From Chrysomallon squamiferum (Eukaryota > Animalia > Mollusca), in assembly GCA_012295275.1 (NCBI GenBank), contig CM022677.1, positions 9,362,001-9,426,000 of the forward strand: 64,000 bases of DNA, given 5' to 3'. The position numbers and the translations under genes are program-made. A model generated the notes under the pieces. The model was not told the DNA's origin and ran no database searches. It was given only the letters and a program-made list of their open reading frames with translations. Shown here piece by piece: positions 1-12,990 of the stretch (positions are counted from its first letter, which is position 1; each line of letters opens with the position of its first letter).

Positions 1-157
1 AGATACTTGTAGACAGATTTATTGACCATAGCATTATATTCCATTTTGTTCACTTTTCAGAAAATGTATATGTTATATATTTCAGTTGTGAAATGAAATC
101 AAGTGCTCAGATGCCACCTATTGCAAAAAACATGACAGATTCTTGTATTTCACTCGC

Positions 158-2334
158 CCCTTGTTTCACTCCAAACAACAGATCTTCTTTATCTTTCTCT
201 GAGACAGCAGGCAAGTCAACTGGGACACCTGGCAGATTGCAGCCCTTCTTGCTGCCCAACTCACCGCCATTTTCTACCTCACAAATCAGATAATCAGAGC
301 CTGAAAGAATTTTGTGGTAATTTACAATTAAAAAGAGAGAGAAAAACATAATTATTGTGATTGTATGTTAGTTTGGTAAAGAGAAAATGAGCCAAAGAAA
401 TATTTAATAAACTTATTTCAAAAATACGAAATTAGCATAATTAAGACTTTTTATCTTATCAACTTCAAAAAATATGTAAAGAGATTATGATCAAAGAAAT
501 ATTTAATAAAATATATATTTTTCTAAATTATAAATAGCAGAGATCAGTATTATTATCTTTGATTTTTAAAAATTCACTTATGAAGACTAGCTGATGTTGT
601 TTAGTCAACATGACATATACAGAGCTGAGTATTTTCTAAAATTACCTTTCTCCTTAACTTTCACAGAAATTAATCCATCATCAATGAAGATGCGACCCCC
701 AACCCTCATGACCTTTGTGATGTTCTCATAGTCAACGTAGAGACATTCCTTTGTACTGTCTTCAGCAAACTTTGAGTCAGTGGTGATTTTGAGAGTGTCG
801 CCTGTCTTCAGCTGAATCTCTGCAGTTGCTCCCTGGTTTGTTAATTTATCAATATTGACATTCAGTAATAGACTTTCAAATGTAACAATAATCAAAAGTT
901 CTTTTATCACAGATTTGTCTAATCAATAACATTAAACACATTTCCAGTGCAATTAATACATCATCAAAATTAAAATTCATTAATGAATAAAAACATCAAA
1001 AACCAATTAGAATTATTAGTAATCTATTTGTAATTTTTGTTTTGTTTGTTTTTTCGTTGCTTTTTTTACAAATTTTATCAAATTACAAAAAATATAAATG
1101 TTACCCCTCTCAGAAGTCCAGTTCTAATTTCTGGCCCTTTTGTATCAAGAGCTATAGCTATGGGTCTTGGCTCACTGAATGCATCAATAGCTCGTCTGAT
1201 ATTCTGAACAGTACCCTCATGATACTGAAATGAAAAACTTGATTCAAATAATACTGCACAAAATTAACTTTTTATGAAATAAGAATTTAATCTGTGCTTT
1301 ATATGTATATAGGAAATTAAAATATATGTAACTATTTTAAATTACTCTGAATATTTTTCCCCCCCAAAAAATATATATATAATAATAATAAATAAATAAA
1401 ATAAAATAAAAAGACTTTAAATTATTATTTTTATTATTAATTCAAATTTTTTTTTTTTTTTTTTTTAAAGCCAAGTGTATAATGATCTGGTTACATCACA
1501 TGGTAAAAATACAGTGATTGCCACATTCCTATACTGTATAGATACATATTTTTATATCTCACTCAAACATAGAGCTCCAACCCTGCCTGGATCTCAATTT
1601 CATTAAATTTCATGTTAACTGTATTTTTTGTTTAATCAGGAGACTTGCTATACCCAGCTATTTAAGGTTCAAACTATACTTACATCATATGTACCATGTG
1701 AGAAGTTTAATCTGGCTACGTTCATGCCTTCAATGATCATTTTTTGTAAAGTCTGCACATCTTTGCAAGCAGGACCTGTTTACAGCAAAAACATAACCAA
1801 AATAAAATTTAAACTAAAATGGATTTTCATACAGATTAAATTATTAAATATTACTCTTAAAATTAAAAAAAAATAAAAATAATAATAATAACCATATTGA
1901 AATCACTTCCTAACAATAACAAAGAAAATTAATGAAAATATTATTGGTATCATGTATGTGTGTATATAATTTTTATAAATTTTACTTTTTAATTATTTTC
2001 TGAAATGCTGTGATGCACATAGGAAACATTTTTCTTTCTTTTTAGATTATATTACTATTATTACTATTATTATTTTAAATAGTACCTTCCAAAGCTATTT
2101 TTAATTTGACTATCTCAGTAACTGAAAGCATTAAATAATAATAATAATACCAAAAAAAAAAAAAAAAAAATAAATACCAATGGTACATATAATTCCAGAC
2201 ATTCTGACCATGTGAGGTTCTGAGTCAATGTCCAAGGCACACATATGTTCAAGATGTGACCTGGCGTTAGCTGCCTGCAGCTGCTGTGCCTGGATGTAGT
2301 AACCACCTTCATGTTCTAACTTTTGTAGATCAAA
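158..2334 (-). CDS. PKM: Pyruvate kinase, shared coding exons (gene continues beyond the window start)
   Basis: Exons 2334-2178, 1775-1684, 1224-1105, 832-646 and 300-158 splice in frame to ...[90 protein letters not shown]...[63 protein letters not shown]. These are diagnostic pyruvate kinase motifs. Junctions are GT-AG except a probable GC donor at 157-156. Confidence 0.97.
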
Positions 2335-3942
2335 CTGAAATAACAAAAACATTTTATTATGCTTAACAGCTTATTATGCACAGACCCCCCCACACACACA
2401 CACACGTACATATATACCATTCTGAAGCCTGCTTGTTGCTAGCTAGAAATAAATTATTCAAATTAAAATTATAATTATTGTTGTTTTTTTCCAATTTATC
2501 TTACAGTTCTTTAGTAAAGAGTTCACTCAGTTAATGGATTAATGTTTACACCAAATTTCCACATGAACAAAAAATATTATTCAAACTGGAATTAATTTCT
2601 TTTTTCAGAATTCACTGACCTGAATGTAGTGTGGATTTGATTAGACTGCTGGGTTAATGATTAATATTTAATTTTATTTCTATTTATACACTATTAATTC
2701 TTAATACTAGTAAAGGATACAAAAAAAAAAAAAAAAAACATTATATTTTTAATTAAAATATGATACATATAAATCACAGTGCCTGTGTTACTTTATTGTT
2801 TTTCTCTTGATAATTCTAAATCACCCATGTGTTACTTTAGCTTCAGTTTAGCTACATTTAGTAATGATGTAGCTCTTTTGGAAGAACATAAAATTTAAAT
2901 AAAGAAAAAAATACAGAATTAACAATATTTGTAATAATAAATTTGAAACGTATGTAAGTATCAGACTGAAAATTCTCATATTAAAGCTATGTGTAATGCA
3001 TTCCTCAGTTGTGGATATGGTCTGGTGGTTAAGAGGTGAACCAGACAGTTTAATTTACAAAGTTATACTACATTCAATGTGACATTCCTAAATAGTACAG
3101 TCATTTAGTTTTTTCTTATATCATACAGCTCAGACACTGACATGAATAATGAATTCTATAAACTATAAATAATGTATGCTGAACACAATGCAATGACTGT
3201 AAAACTGTAACTTAACTCTGGTTTATGACTTAGAAATAAAAGTTTAAAAAAGAAACACTAAGATTCAGCCAAGGTTAAATTTGAAAAACAAGATATTTTC
3301 TGTGAAAACCCCCCCCAAAAAAAACAAAAAACAACAGTGAATTATTTTGTAAACAAATATCTAAATGAAAAAAAACATATAAAGAAAAAAAAATAAAGAA
3401 AAAATAAAATAAAATAAATAAAGATCTTTAAAGATAAAACCAACTCATTTAACTAAACATTTTTGAATATAAACTGAATTTTATTAAATATAAATATAGA
3501 CATATACTCACACATTAATAACTAATTTATGATTTAATACATTTCATTTCTTTACTGTGTTACCACGATAGGCAACTAATCCATATCAGATATACAATAC
3601 TTACATACAAAAATGCTATATAAATGTATATGAGTTCTGTGTGTGTGTGTGTGTGTTTAAAATCTATATAATGTAAACAATATAATTTTACAGACCTTTT
3701 TCTTGTATCACACATACACACATATATACATATAATAATACTTACTAAACTAATACAATTACCCTAACATTATTCATTAAAAATTAATTTTTGGGTATTC
3801 CAACATACACACACACACACAAACTGATCATATTAATTTTTTTTAGAAAAAAATTTGAAATAAACAATTCAAGAAAACAATTTACCACATTTCACTTGCT
3901 GTATATTTTAATTATTAACTAGATAAATAAAAATAAAAATAC

Positions 3943-4074
3943 CCTAGATCTGCCGGATCCTGAAGAATTGAGGGAATCGGAGCTAGAAGATCTAGATGAA
4001 CTATCAGAAACATTGCGCCGAAGTGAAATTCCTTTATCCTCAGCTCGCAGGCAGTCTGCACCTAGGCCAGGCAT
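3943..4074 (-). CDS. Candidate alternative first coding exon A of pyruvate kinase (44 aa, Ser-rich)
   Basis: ATG at 4074-4072 and 132 open nt encode MPGLGADCLRAEDKGISLRRNVSDSSSRSSSSDSLNSSGSGRSR. It ends at the phase-0 donor AGG|gtattt, compatible with the phase-0 acceptor at 2334. GC content is clearly higher than the surrounding intron. Confidence 0.7.
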
Positions 4075-6691
4075 TATTCGTATCCACTATTTCTTTTTAA
4101 AATTATTAAACTATTCTTTATTGGCTTCAATAGTAAATCCTTTGTTTTCAAGTGAAAAGACTAAAACTCAGCTGACACTCGTAACCTGGTTTATTCCAAA
4201 TCTATTTTATGTAAAAATCCAAATGAAAATAAATGCATCTGCCAAAGTAAGGTTTTTTATATCAACCTTATTTAAATAAATTGGCTTGAGTAATTTTAAA
4301 TTAATTCTAAAAATGTTGCCTACTACATTTTTCTTCCTAGATAAATTTAGTAACAGTGAACTGGTGAACCGTTCCCAAGGCTATGAAAAAGTGGAAAAAC
4401 ATTTACATTTTTAATCTTCCCTTTTATTATGAAAACATATATGCGTCATCTGTGACCACCCATTGATAACTGAAATATACTGTGAAAGACTATGTCTGAA
4501 TTTGCTATATATATACTTTATTTTTTATTTTTTTAATCTATATTTACTATCATATGTCAAATGAATGTCACATTTTTCTGACCACAAAAACATTTTTTAA
4601 ATATATTTTGTTTCAGTGTTTTCAGAAACTTTTTAAACGGTAATAAAAAAAACACTGGAGGCTTTAATGCAATATTCAGGTGAAAAAGGTGACTACATTA
4701 CCACTCCCACAAAGAACCTGTCATCCCACTCCTAGGTACATTATCACACATGGGAACACTGATGTGTAAGTTTGTACGGAAGTGACAATTTTATTATCAT
4801 TTTACTTATTCCAGTTTTCAGTTTTAGTTGTAAGTCATGTGAAAACAGCCCCACCTACCAGCAGCCCACTGTCTGAAGATTCATTAGTCCGTATCAGTAA
4901 AATGATATTTATCTGAATTGTTTTTTTGCAGTATTCTTTATTACTATTGTTAGTTTAGTTTTACATGATGTCTGCAGTTACTGCAAACAGAACAATCTAG
5001 CAGTTTGCTACAAGTGTCACTCTGACCCGTCTGCTATATAAAGTATCAGATATTTAACAGTTCTTTATTAGACCAGTTACTGAGGCATTTAACACTTCCT
5101 TGCAAAGATTATTTTTGTAAATGATTCAAAATGTTTAAAATCAACTTAAAACATAAAAATGTCTATCAAGGTGGTTTAAGCTAGTGGTCTCTATGTAATC
5201 ATTTATTATTATTTTATTTAATAACAAAAATAAAAGACTGAATTGTTGTCAATGGGTAGTAACATGTACTTACAGTAAATGTATCCTTTTTCATTCTTTA
5301 TTTATTATTTACTTTTGTTTTTAGAACTATCAGACCTAACTCAAACTCATTGAATAACTTCTTCTTTTTTTTAAATTAATTTTTAACAAGTTATTATCCT
5401 TTATGTTGCTGTTTTACATTGTTCATTTTACAATGAACATATTTTTAAAATGAAAATAATATTTATAACTAGATATACATCTTAATTAACACAAAAATGT
5501 ACATTCAACATCAGGAAGTGCATAATGCTTTCAGTCAATTAGAAAATGTCAAATTATATTTCTATTAATGGAAAATAAGGAAGTCACAAATGAATAAATG
5601 AATATTTTCATTGTAAACTAAATTTTATAGTATCTGTTTTAAACATTAGATAAACATAATTATAGAAGCTAGACATGCTCACACAGAGACGTTATATACA
5701 CAGCTTACTTTTCTTAGAACTGAATCTACTCGGATCAACCTTAATAAACCAGTAAAAAGTTTACACAACCAAGCATGAATCACAATACAGAGTCTGTAGA
5801 TAAACTGTCCTTGTTATTTGACATTCAGAGACACAAACTTGGCTCCTATTCCTTTTGAACTGTGTGAACTTTTGACCTCATACCAAGCTGTGCTGTCAGT
5901 CCAGTGTTAAATTTTTTTACTTTGTACTATAAACATATGTCTCACAGATGTATATCAAACACTATATATATATACACTTCGAAGTTATAATTATTTAAAA
6001 TGTAACAGATATATTTCAAAACTGTAATTATGTTAAATAAAATAGACATACTTCAAAATTTATACTCATTTAAAAAATACAAAAAATATGTTTCAAAATT
6101 ATATTGATTAAAAAAGAAGAAATATAATTATTTTGATAAAACCATTTTGTCAATTTTTCAAAGATATAAATTATAAAAGTTATTTTGAAAACCAGTTTTA
6201 TAGTTCTAATTTAACTCATGAGTAACTCATTTATTTGTAAATTAGAAATGTAAATTAGAGATATGACATCACTGTAAACTTTTATTTTCACTTCCACTTA
6301 AAATAAATTAAGTTGCTTGTAAATTTAATATCTCCAATATTTTCAGAATTATTTTTAATATATTGTAATTTTTCTGCTAGCATATCTGTTGTGTCATAAT
6401 GCATAAATAATTTCATTTCACACCTTTTTTGTTATTTTCCACTTCATTAAGTGTGAAATGTAGTAACTATAATGAATTAAAATGTCTGATTAATATAGAT
6501 CATAAACTCAATTTTTTTTTTTTTTTAATGAGATTACTATTATCATGCAGTATTTATTATGATTATGAATTTATAATTTTATTTCTGATGCAGAATGAAT
6601 GTTAATCAAGACTATAAAATGAAAAATTTTTACAATTTTTAAATTTAATACAAAAATAATTAACATGTGACACTGAGTTATACAGATATTA

Positions 6692-6692
<1 letters not shown>

Positions 6693-6736
<44 letters not shown>
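6693..6736. repeat. (TG)n microsatellite
   Basis: Direct inspection. Confidence 0.95.
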
Positions 6737-6737
<1 letters not shown>

Positions 6738-7710
6738 TCATAAACATTACATCATGTATGGTACATCCACAATATATCCATTCATCAGCTAATATTAATT
6801 TTAATAATATGTTTTGTAATACATTATTTTCAGTCTGTCTTAACATATACACATTTCTTAGATGATATTCTTCAATCAATTTAAATTTTTTAAATCAATT
6901 TGAAAATACAAAGATTGTTAATTATTCCATATCAGTAAAAATAAATATAATTTATTTTAGTTTTGTAAATAGTTATTTCAGGTAACTGAAAATTTTTAAT
7001 TTAATTGTACTTTATTTCTCCTTGACCTCTTCTTTAGAAAATAATCTCTGACCAGACCAACCGTAACTGATACTATAAAGAGTTGGTCAGTCCCCTTGCT
7101 GTGCCTTCAACCAGATGGACTTGTTTGTCAAGGTCAAGTACTGGTCAAATATGAAGCAGAGACCAGGAAGGTAAGTAATGTTAATAAACTCAGTGTTGTA
7201 CAAACAGAAAAAACTAAAGGAAGTAAGTTTTTCGAACTAAAGGACAAATAGAACAGCCTCTAAACTGTATTATAAAATTATACATTGATTATAATATTTC
7301 TATTACTTGCATCAGTCAGCCAAAAACTTTGGATGTGTTATTTGAAACTGATCTTTTTTTGTTTTCCTTTGTGTAACATTAAGAGACATCTGGAAATGAT
7401 GAAGCAGAATCAATCAACAGAGACTACATAAGAATGAAAACTGTCTAAACCGTATCACTGCAGTTTTAAAACTTTCTCACTTTGGAGGAGTCAGTTATAA
7501 CATGTCTTCATTTAGTTAGTATGTTTGTAAATGAAGTTATTGCCTCTATAGGGAAATAAGAGTAGGTAACAATAATATTAAAAACAGGTACATCATACAT
7601 GTGTAAGATACAATGAACAAATATATATATATATAATATATATATATTTTTTAAACAGAAGCATACACATGCACACAAAAACTAATCAGTGAAAGTTTAT
7701 GAAACCTTAC

Positions 7711-7770
7711 CCCTGCTGATCCTGCTTTTCCAGCAGGCAATTTGTTGAATTTTTGATTATTTGATGCCAT
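7711..7770 (-). CDS. Candidate alternative first coding exon B of pyruvate kinase (20 aa)
   Basis: Strong acceptor ttttcttttcacag lies directly before the ATG. The 60 nt encode MASNNQKFNKLPAGKAGSAG and end at the phase-0 donor GGG|gtaagg. Confidence 0.75.
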
Positions 7771-9409
7771 CTGTGAAAAGAAAAAAAAAGAAACTTTTTC
7801 TAAATTTCTGAAGCCATAGCAATAACTTCTACAAAGGCAGACACTATAATGTCATAAATAAATGATTTTTGCAATGAAACCAAACTGCATGTTTTCATCA
7901 TATAATTACATAACATGCCTGAAACTTCCTCACCAATCAAAAAAATTAAATAAAAAGTTGGTCTGCCCATATACGTAGCTGCACAAAGAACACTGAAATT
8001 ATATATATATCCATTCACATTATCATTTTGTTTGTGATGTTTAAAAAAATACAGATACTGTCTTATGCAATTATAAATATGGCTATCTGTCAAATATAGA
8101 AAAAGTGTATATGTTCTTATGATCCATTAATTTTTTTATCAGATGTCCTACAATTTTCAAATTTGATGTAACTCTTCAATAATTCTGTTGCATTATACTT
8201 TATCCATTGTTGCTTTATTTCTTTATTTAATGTTTTTGTAATCAATATATTGTTTATTATTCTTTAATTCCTTTATTTTATTTATTTTATTTTATTTTTT
8301 TAAATTATTTAGTTTTATTACGTTCAGCTGTTACATATTTGAAACAGTTTTACTGACAGCACAAACTGTGAGAAATATAACTTGGCTGAAAATAGAGATA
8401 TACGGACTTGAGCTTGATTTTGCACTTCCAATAAAATATAAACAACAGTATATCTGGGTTTAAACTACCATATAATCTGTAGAACATTATGTAGAGCAGA
8501 AATATTACTACTTATTATTCTTAGAAATATAACTGATATACGAATATGATAATAATTAATAATAATATAATAATGTTACATATGCACTAATGCTGCCATA
8601 CTGTGGGCACCATTACTTTATTAACTAACTCGAATGATATATAAAATATACTAAATACTGAAATTTTAAGATGCAAATAAAAGACCTCCGATTCCTTGTT
8701 TGTATTATCAGTTTCATCTTTGCTGGAATCCATATCTTGTTTTCCAAAAGATTTTTGGACAACTTACTCCTTCAAGGTTTGCCGACTAAATCATCTAAAA
8801 TAATGGTATTTTCCAAACGACCAAATGACCTTGAAATGAATATGACTTTAATTTTAAAAAAAAAGTTTAATGGTTCTCTGTCATATTAGCACCAAAAATT
8901 ATCAATAATAGAAATATCTACAACGAATCTTTGAGTCTTGATTTGAATTATATTTATTTTGTTATTGAATGACGGAAAACAAAATATTTTATGCAGAATG
9001 AGTTTGACGATCGATTTTCGGAATGCAGTGAGAAAATAAACGTGGGTATTCCCTTCCGGTAATCTATTTTTAGTCAATGAATTTCGTGTTTAAATGTAAA
9101 CCGGTACCGAAACGTAACGGCTGAACTGGTCGTAGAACAACAAGACATGCATTGTTTTTCACTTTTTAACTCAGTCGGTAAAAAAGTTTAAATGTAAAGT
9201 GAGTGAAATAAAATAATAAACATTTTACGAGTAAAAAAATTGTTTAAAATGACAGTTGGGGCTATTTTAAGTAACTACTAGATCGCTGACAATTATGTCA
9301 AGGATAATGGCGAGGACACATATTTGTATATGTAGAAATTCTACATATGCTTTCATAATTTCATAGTTCGTGGTAAAACAATTCCATTAAATTTGTCGGT
9401 TAAAAAGTT

Positions 9410-9535
9410 ACCTTTAATTGATTCCGGCAGCTACTAACATACCTTGAAGATTCGGATAGACAAGTGCTCGTGCAACACCGGATGTTGTAACTGCGTTGGA
9501 ATATTCAGATTAACGGGCTCTGCTTCTATAACCAA
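9410..9535 (-). promoter_or_regulatory. Probable distal promoter / non-coding first exon of pyruvate kinase
   Basis: CpG-containing stretch with minus-strand donors AAG|gtatgt (9443) and AAG|gtaact (~9412). Exon B has an acceptor, so it needs an upstream exon. Confidence 0.4.
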
Positions 9536-9546
9536 ATAAGGGAGAC

Positions 9547-10467
9547 TTTTTACGCAATAAAGCATTAGCCATACAAACAACCAGAAGAACATTCTTCATC
9601 TTATTTGTGTTTATTAATTTATTTTCCTGGTTAGTTATTTTCAAAGCTATCTAAATGTCTGCCAGAACAGCTATGATTACCAAGTTTGTCAAGCAGATAT
9701 CAAATAAAGGCAAAATCATCACGCTCTTCGGTTATATACAAATAAAACATAGTTTGTATGTGTGTGTATTTTGCTGTATCAAATTTGAACTGTTTATAAA
9801 TGAATGAAAAGTGAATCTCACCAATATCTGTAAAACGTTGGTCTAACAGATCAGGTGATTAGCCGGTTAATTCATCTCAAAACAGAAAATAAATAATTTA
9901 ATTAGATAATAAAATTTCCATTGATGACAAAGACGTATTCAGTTCTCATAAAAATGATTCCTCATTCGTTAAATTACAATCCTGTTGTCATGCAATACAG
10001 AACTTCAGAAGAAATTATTTTTACGCAATAAAGCATTAGCCATACAAACATCCAGAAGAACATTCTCTATCTTATTTGTGTTTATTAATTTATTTATCTG
10101 GTTGGTTATTTTCAAAGCTAGCTAATTGTCTGCCTGACAACTATGATTACCAAGTTTATCAAAGCTGATATCAAATAAAGGCAAAATCAACATGCACTTA
10201 CGCCATATACAAATAAAATATAGTTTGTATGTGTGTATATGTATCAAATTTGAACTATTTATAAATAAATGAAAAGTGAATCTCACCAATATCTGTAAAA
10301 CGTTGGTCTAATAGATCAGCCGGTTGATTCATCTCAAAACAGAAAATAAATAATCTATTTAGATAATAAAATTTCCATTGATGACAAAGACGTATACAGT
10401 GTCATAAAAATGATTCATCATTCATTAAACTACAATCCTGTTGTCATGCAATACAGAACTTCAGAAG
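9547..10467. repeat. Tandem direct duplication of about 450-465 bp (9547-10011 and 10018-10467)
   Basis: Both copies start ttttacgcaataaagcattagccatacaaaca and end cctgttgtcatgcaatacagaacttcagaag, with scattered substitutions and small indels. Confidence 0.95.
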
Positions 10468-10831
10468 TAAGAAATACCTTGAATGCTAATTTTGTAGTCA
10501 TCGTAATTTACTAATATCCTTACTGAACAGCAACTATTCTATTTACAACTGTTTCATTTAGTTTTCTTTACTTTCAATCTTATGCTGGTACTTCTGTCAT
10601 TAGCAGTAACTTGGACTCTTTGTTCTAACCCAATTGTAAATTTTATCTCAATTATTAGCTAATGTTATGTGATTTTTCTCCGATTCAAAGAAAAAGCATT
10701 TTTCTCTTAATTTATATTTGTGAGCATTTCAGTAAAAAGAATTAATTACTTTTAGAGTTCCGTTTCAATAAATGTAATGCAGAAACGATTCTAGCGTACC
10801 TTGATTATTATAATTTTAATATTTCAATTAT

Positions 10832-10962
10832 GATTTCATAATAGCAATTAAGAGTAACAAAATTAAAGAAGATAATCTTAATTATTTGTACATTGACAGA
10901 TGCTTTCGATTTCATAATAGCAATTAAAAGTAACTAAATTAAAGAAAACATCTTAATTATTT
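10832..10962. repeat. Short direct repeat of about 55 bp, two copies
   Basis: gatttcataatagcaattaagagtaacaaaattaaagaagataatcttaattattt versus gatttcataatagcaattaaaagtaactaaattaaagaaaacatcttaattattt. Confidence 0.85.
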
Positions 10963-10997
10963 TAGTGCTTTTAAAGAAACTGAACATTTTGACCTGG

Positions 10998-11006
10998 TAT
11001 ATAAAA
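10998..11006 (+). promoter_or_regulatory. Candidate TATA box for the double-CRD gene
   Basis: TATATAAAA about 590 nt upstream of the ATG at 11591, followed ~30 nt later by a pyrimidine-rich initiator-like stretch and possible 5'UTR donors near 11082-11103. Confidence 0.45.
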
Positions 11007-11590
11007 CTTGAGAGGGACACTTACCTATTTCCTTTCCTTCAGAAGGAAACAGCAGAAATACAGACTAGTTAAGACGAGGCTGGTAATGAATCCAGTTTAC
11101 AAGTAGTATTTAACCAGCTATTTATTTTAATTCTAATTTTTATTGCTATTGTTATATTTCTATTAAATAAGAAACGCATACTTAAAAACAAAAAAAAATA
11201 ATAATTAAAAAATAATAATATTAAATATAAAAATAAACAAATAAATAAAAATAAAAGGTAATAATAATGTTTTTCGTTAACCGGCTATTATTTTAAACGT
11301 TCTTTTTATTATTATAATTTATTTATTAAATAAGAACGAAGATTTATGTCACTAATTTAAACAACAATAATAAAAATAATAAAAATAATAGTGATAATAA
11401 TAATGATGATGATAATGATCCTGGTAGTACAGTTTACAAGCTGAAACGTATCTTCTGGAACCTCATTACCTACTTAACATGGAAAGCGATTCGCTTTCCT
11501 ATTAACACATTACTAGAACTTGGATTAAGGTTGTTAAAGCTATATATGTTTCTCTGGAGGCAAACAAAACATTATTTAAAAAATTAAACA

Positions 11591-11978
11591 ATGAAGCTGT
11601 GGAGCGGTAAGAGCTGTCTGTTAGTTCTTGGAATTATCGTATTTTTATCAACGCAGACGACAATTTGTCAGAGACAAGTTGGCAGCAGAAGACAACATGC
11701 AAACAGAAGGAACAGAGGCAGAAATCAAAATCGGAGATGTCAGAAAATACAAGTACCAATGTGTAGAGGAATGATAGGGTACGTTACTCTCTACAAGATC
11801 AGTCTGTACATAACTGTTTTTAAAGTAATTAGATAAAAGTAAATTATAAATTAGTAATTATATTTTTAAAACTTCACTTTTTCCTATCAATGTTAAAAAA
11901 AAAGAAAAGAAAAGAAAGGGGGAATTTTGTTTAAATAAATAAAGAAATAAAAGACAATAATACTAATGTGTGTGTGTG

Positions 11979-12028
<50 letters not shown>

Positions 12029-12903
12029 ACAAATGCCTTTCTTGATGTAGAAAGTATTCGGCTCTGTATACAAGTTTATAAAATATATTTTATGTTTGCA
12101 GATTCGGGTACACGAAACTACCAAACCAGTTTGGCCACACATCTCAATATCAAGTGTACAGGGCCTTAGAATACCTCTGGGCTTTTATGGATATCGGCTG
12201 TTCATCCAACTTCCGATTGTTGGCCTGCAGTTTGTATCTACCCAAATGCACAAAACGGGGACCAGTTCAACTGCCCTGCAGAGAAACGTGTATGAGAGCA
12301 AAAGCTGGATGCGAAAATAAAATGGAGGAATTGCAGTCTTCATGGCCAAGTCATTTCAACTGTTCTGCATTACTTCCACGTCGATCAAAAAGATGTATAG
12401 CTCCAAAACCTACTGGTCGGTCCTGTCAACAACAACACGTTATTTGTCGACGTAACCCGAGTCCCATGTGCCAAGGTTTAACCTTCAGTCGAGGTTCATT
12501 ACCAAACATGTTTCTGCAATGTTCAATAAAGGAAATCAACACGGAAATGCGACAGTTTGAAAACTTAATCCGTTCAAACTGTTCACAACATCTAAAATTC
12601 TTCCTTTGTGGAATTTATATGCCGTATTGCATCCGAGCTGAGAATCCTTTTGCTATGCCTTGTAGAGAGTTATGCGAGGAAATTAGAGAGGACTGTGAAC
12701 AAACCTATTCGCGACTGCATGGGCGGTTGCCATGGCCGTCAAAATTCCAATGTCATCGTTATCCTGATTCGACTAACCAGCGGTTTATGTGTGTCATGCC
12801 AAGTGATCACCAGTTAGAATTTGAATCAAGAATACAAGAACGTTTAATTCAAATAACCCAAAACAGATCACAAGAAAATGACGGATCAGATCAACTAAAT
12901 TAA
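11591..12903 (+). CDS. Secreted protein with two tandem Frizzled cysteine-rich domains (SFRP-like, no NTR, no TM), 329 aa
   Basis: Exon 11591-11778 (donor GG|gtacgt) and exon 12102-12903 (acceptor tttgcag|A) total 990 nt in frame. The protein has a hydrophobic signal peptide and an Arg/Asn/Gln-rich linker. CRD1 is CQKIQVPMC...LPNQFGHTSQ...GCSSNFRLLACSLYLPKC...PCRETCMRAKAGC...WPSHFNC...C. CRD2 is CRRNPSPMC...LPNMF...CSQHLKFFLCGIYMPYC...PCRELCEEIREDC...WPSKFQC...C. Each has the 10-Cys Frizzled pattern. Confidence 0.9.
11967..12025. repeat. (TG)n microsatellite in the intron of the double-CRD gene
   Basis: Direct inspection. Confidence 0.95.
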
Positions 12904-12920
12904 ATGGATATTACAGATAT

Positions 12921-12990
12921 AGGGCCGGTGCTATCACATTAGCAAACTAGGCAGCCGCCAGGGCGCCAATTTCAGGTGGCGCATTTCTCC
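12921..12990 (+). mobile_element. Possible DNA transposon/MITE terminus
   Basis: GC-rich agggccggtgcta...ggcagccgccagggcgcc resembles the ends of common non-autonomous DNA elements. No partner inverted end was found. Confidence 0.35.

Noticed and set aside
3968-4279. 103-aa plus-strand ORF
   Set aside because: It is antisense to the candidate PK exon A, has a non-ATG start, and shows no recognisable domain.
5705-5780. Minus-strand donor gtaagc as another PK exon
   Set aside because: The nearby ATG frame hits a stop and there is no supporting acceptor or coding signal.
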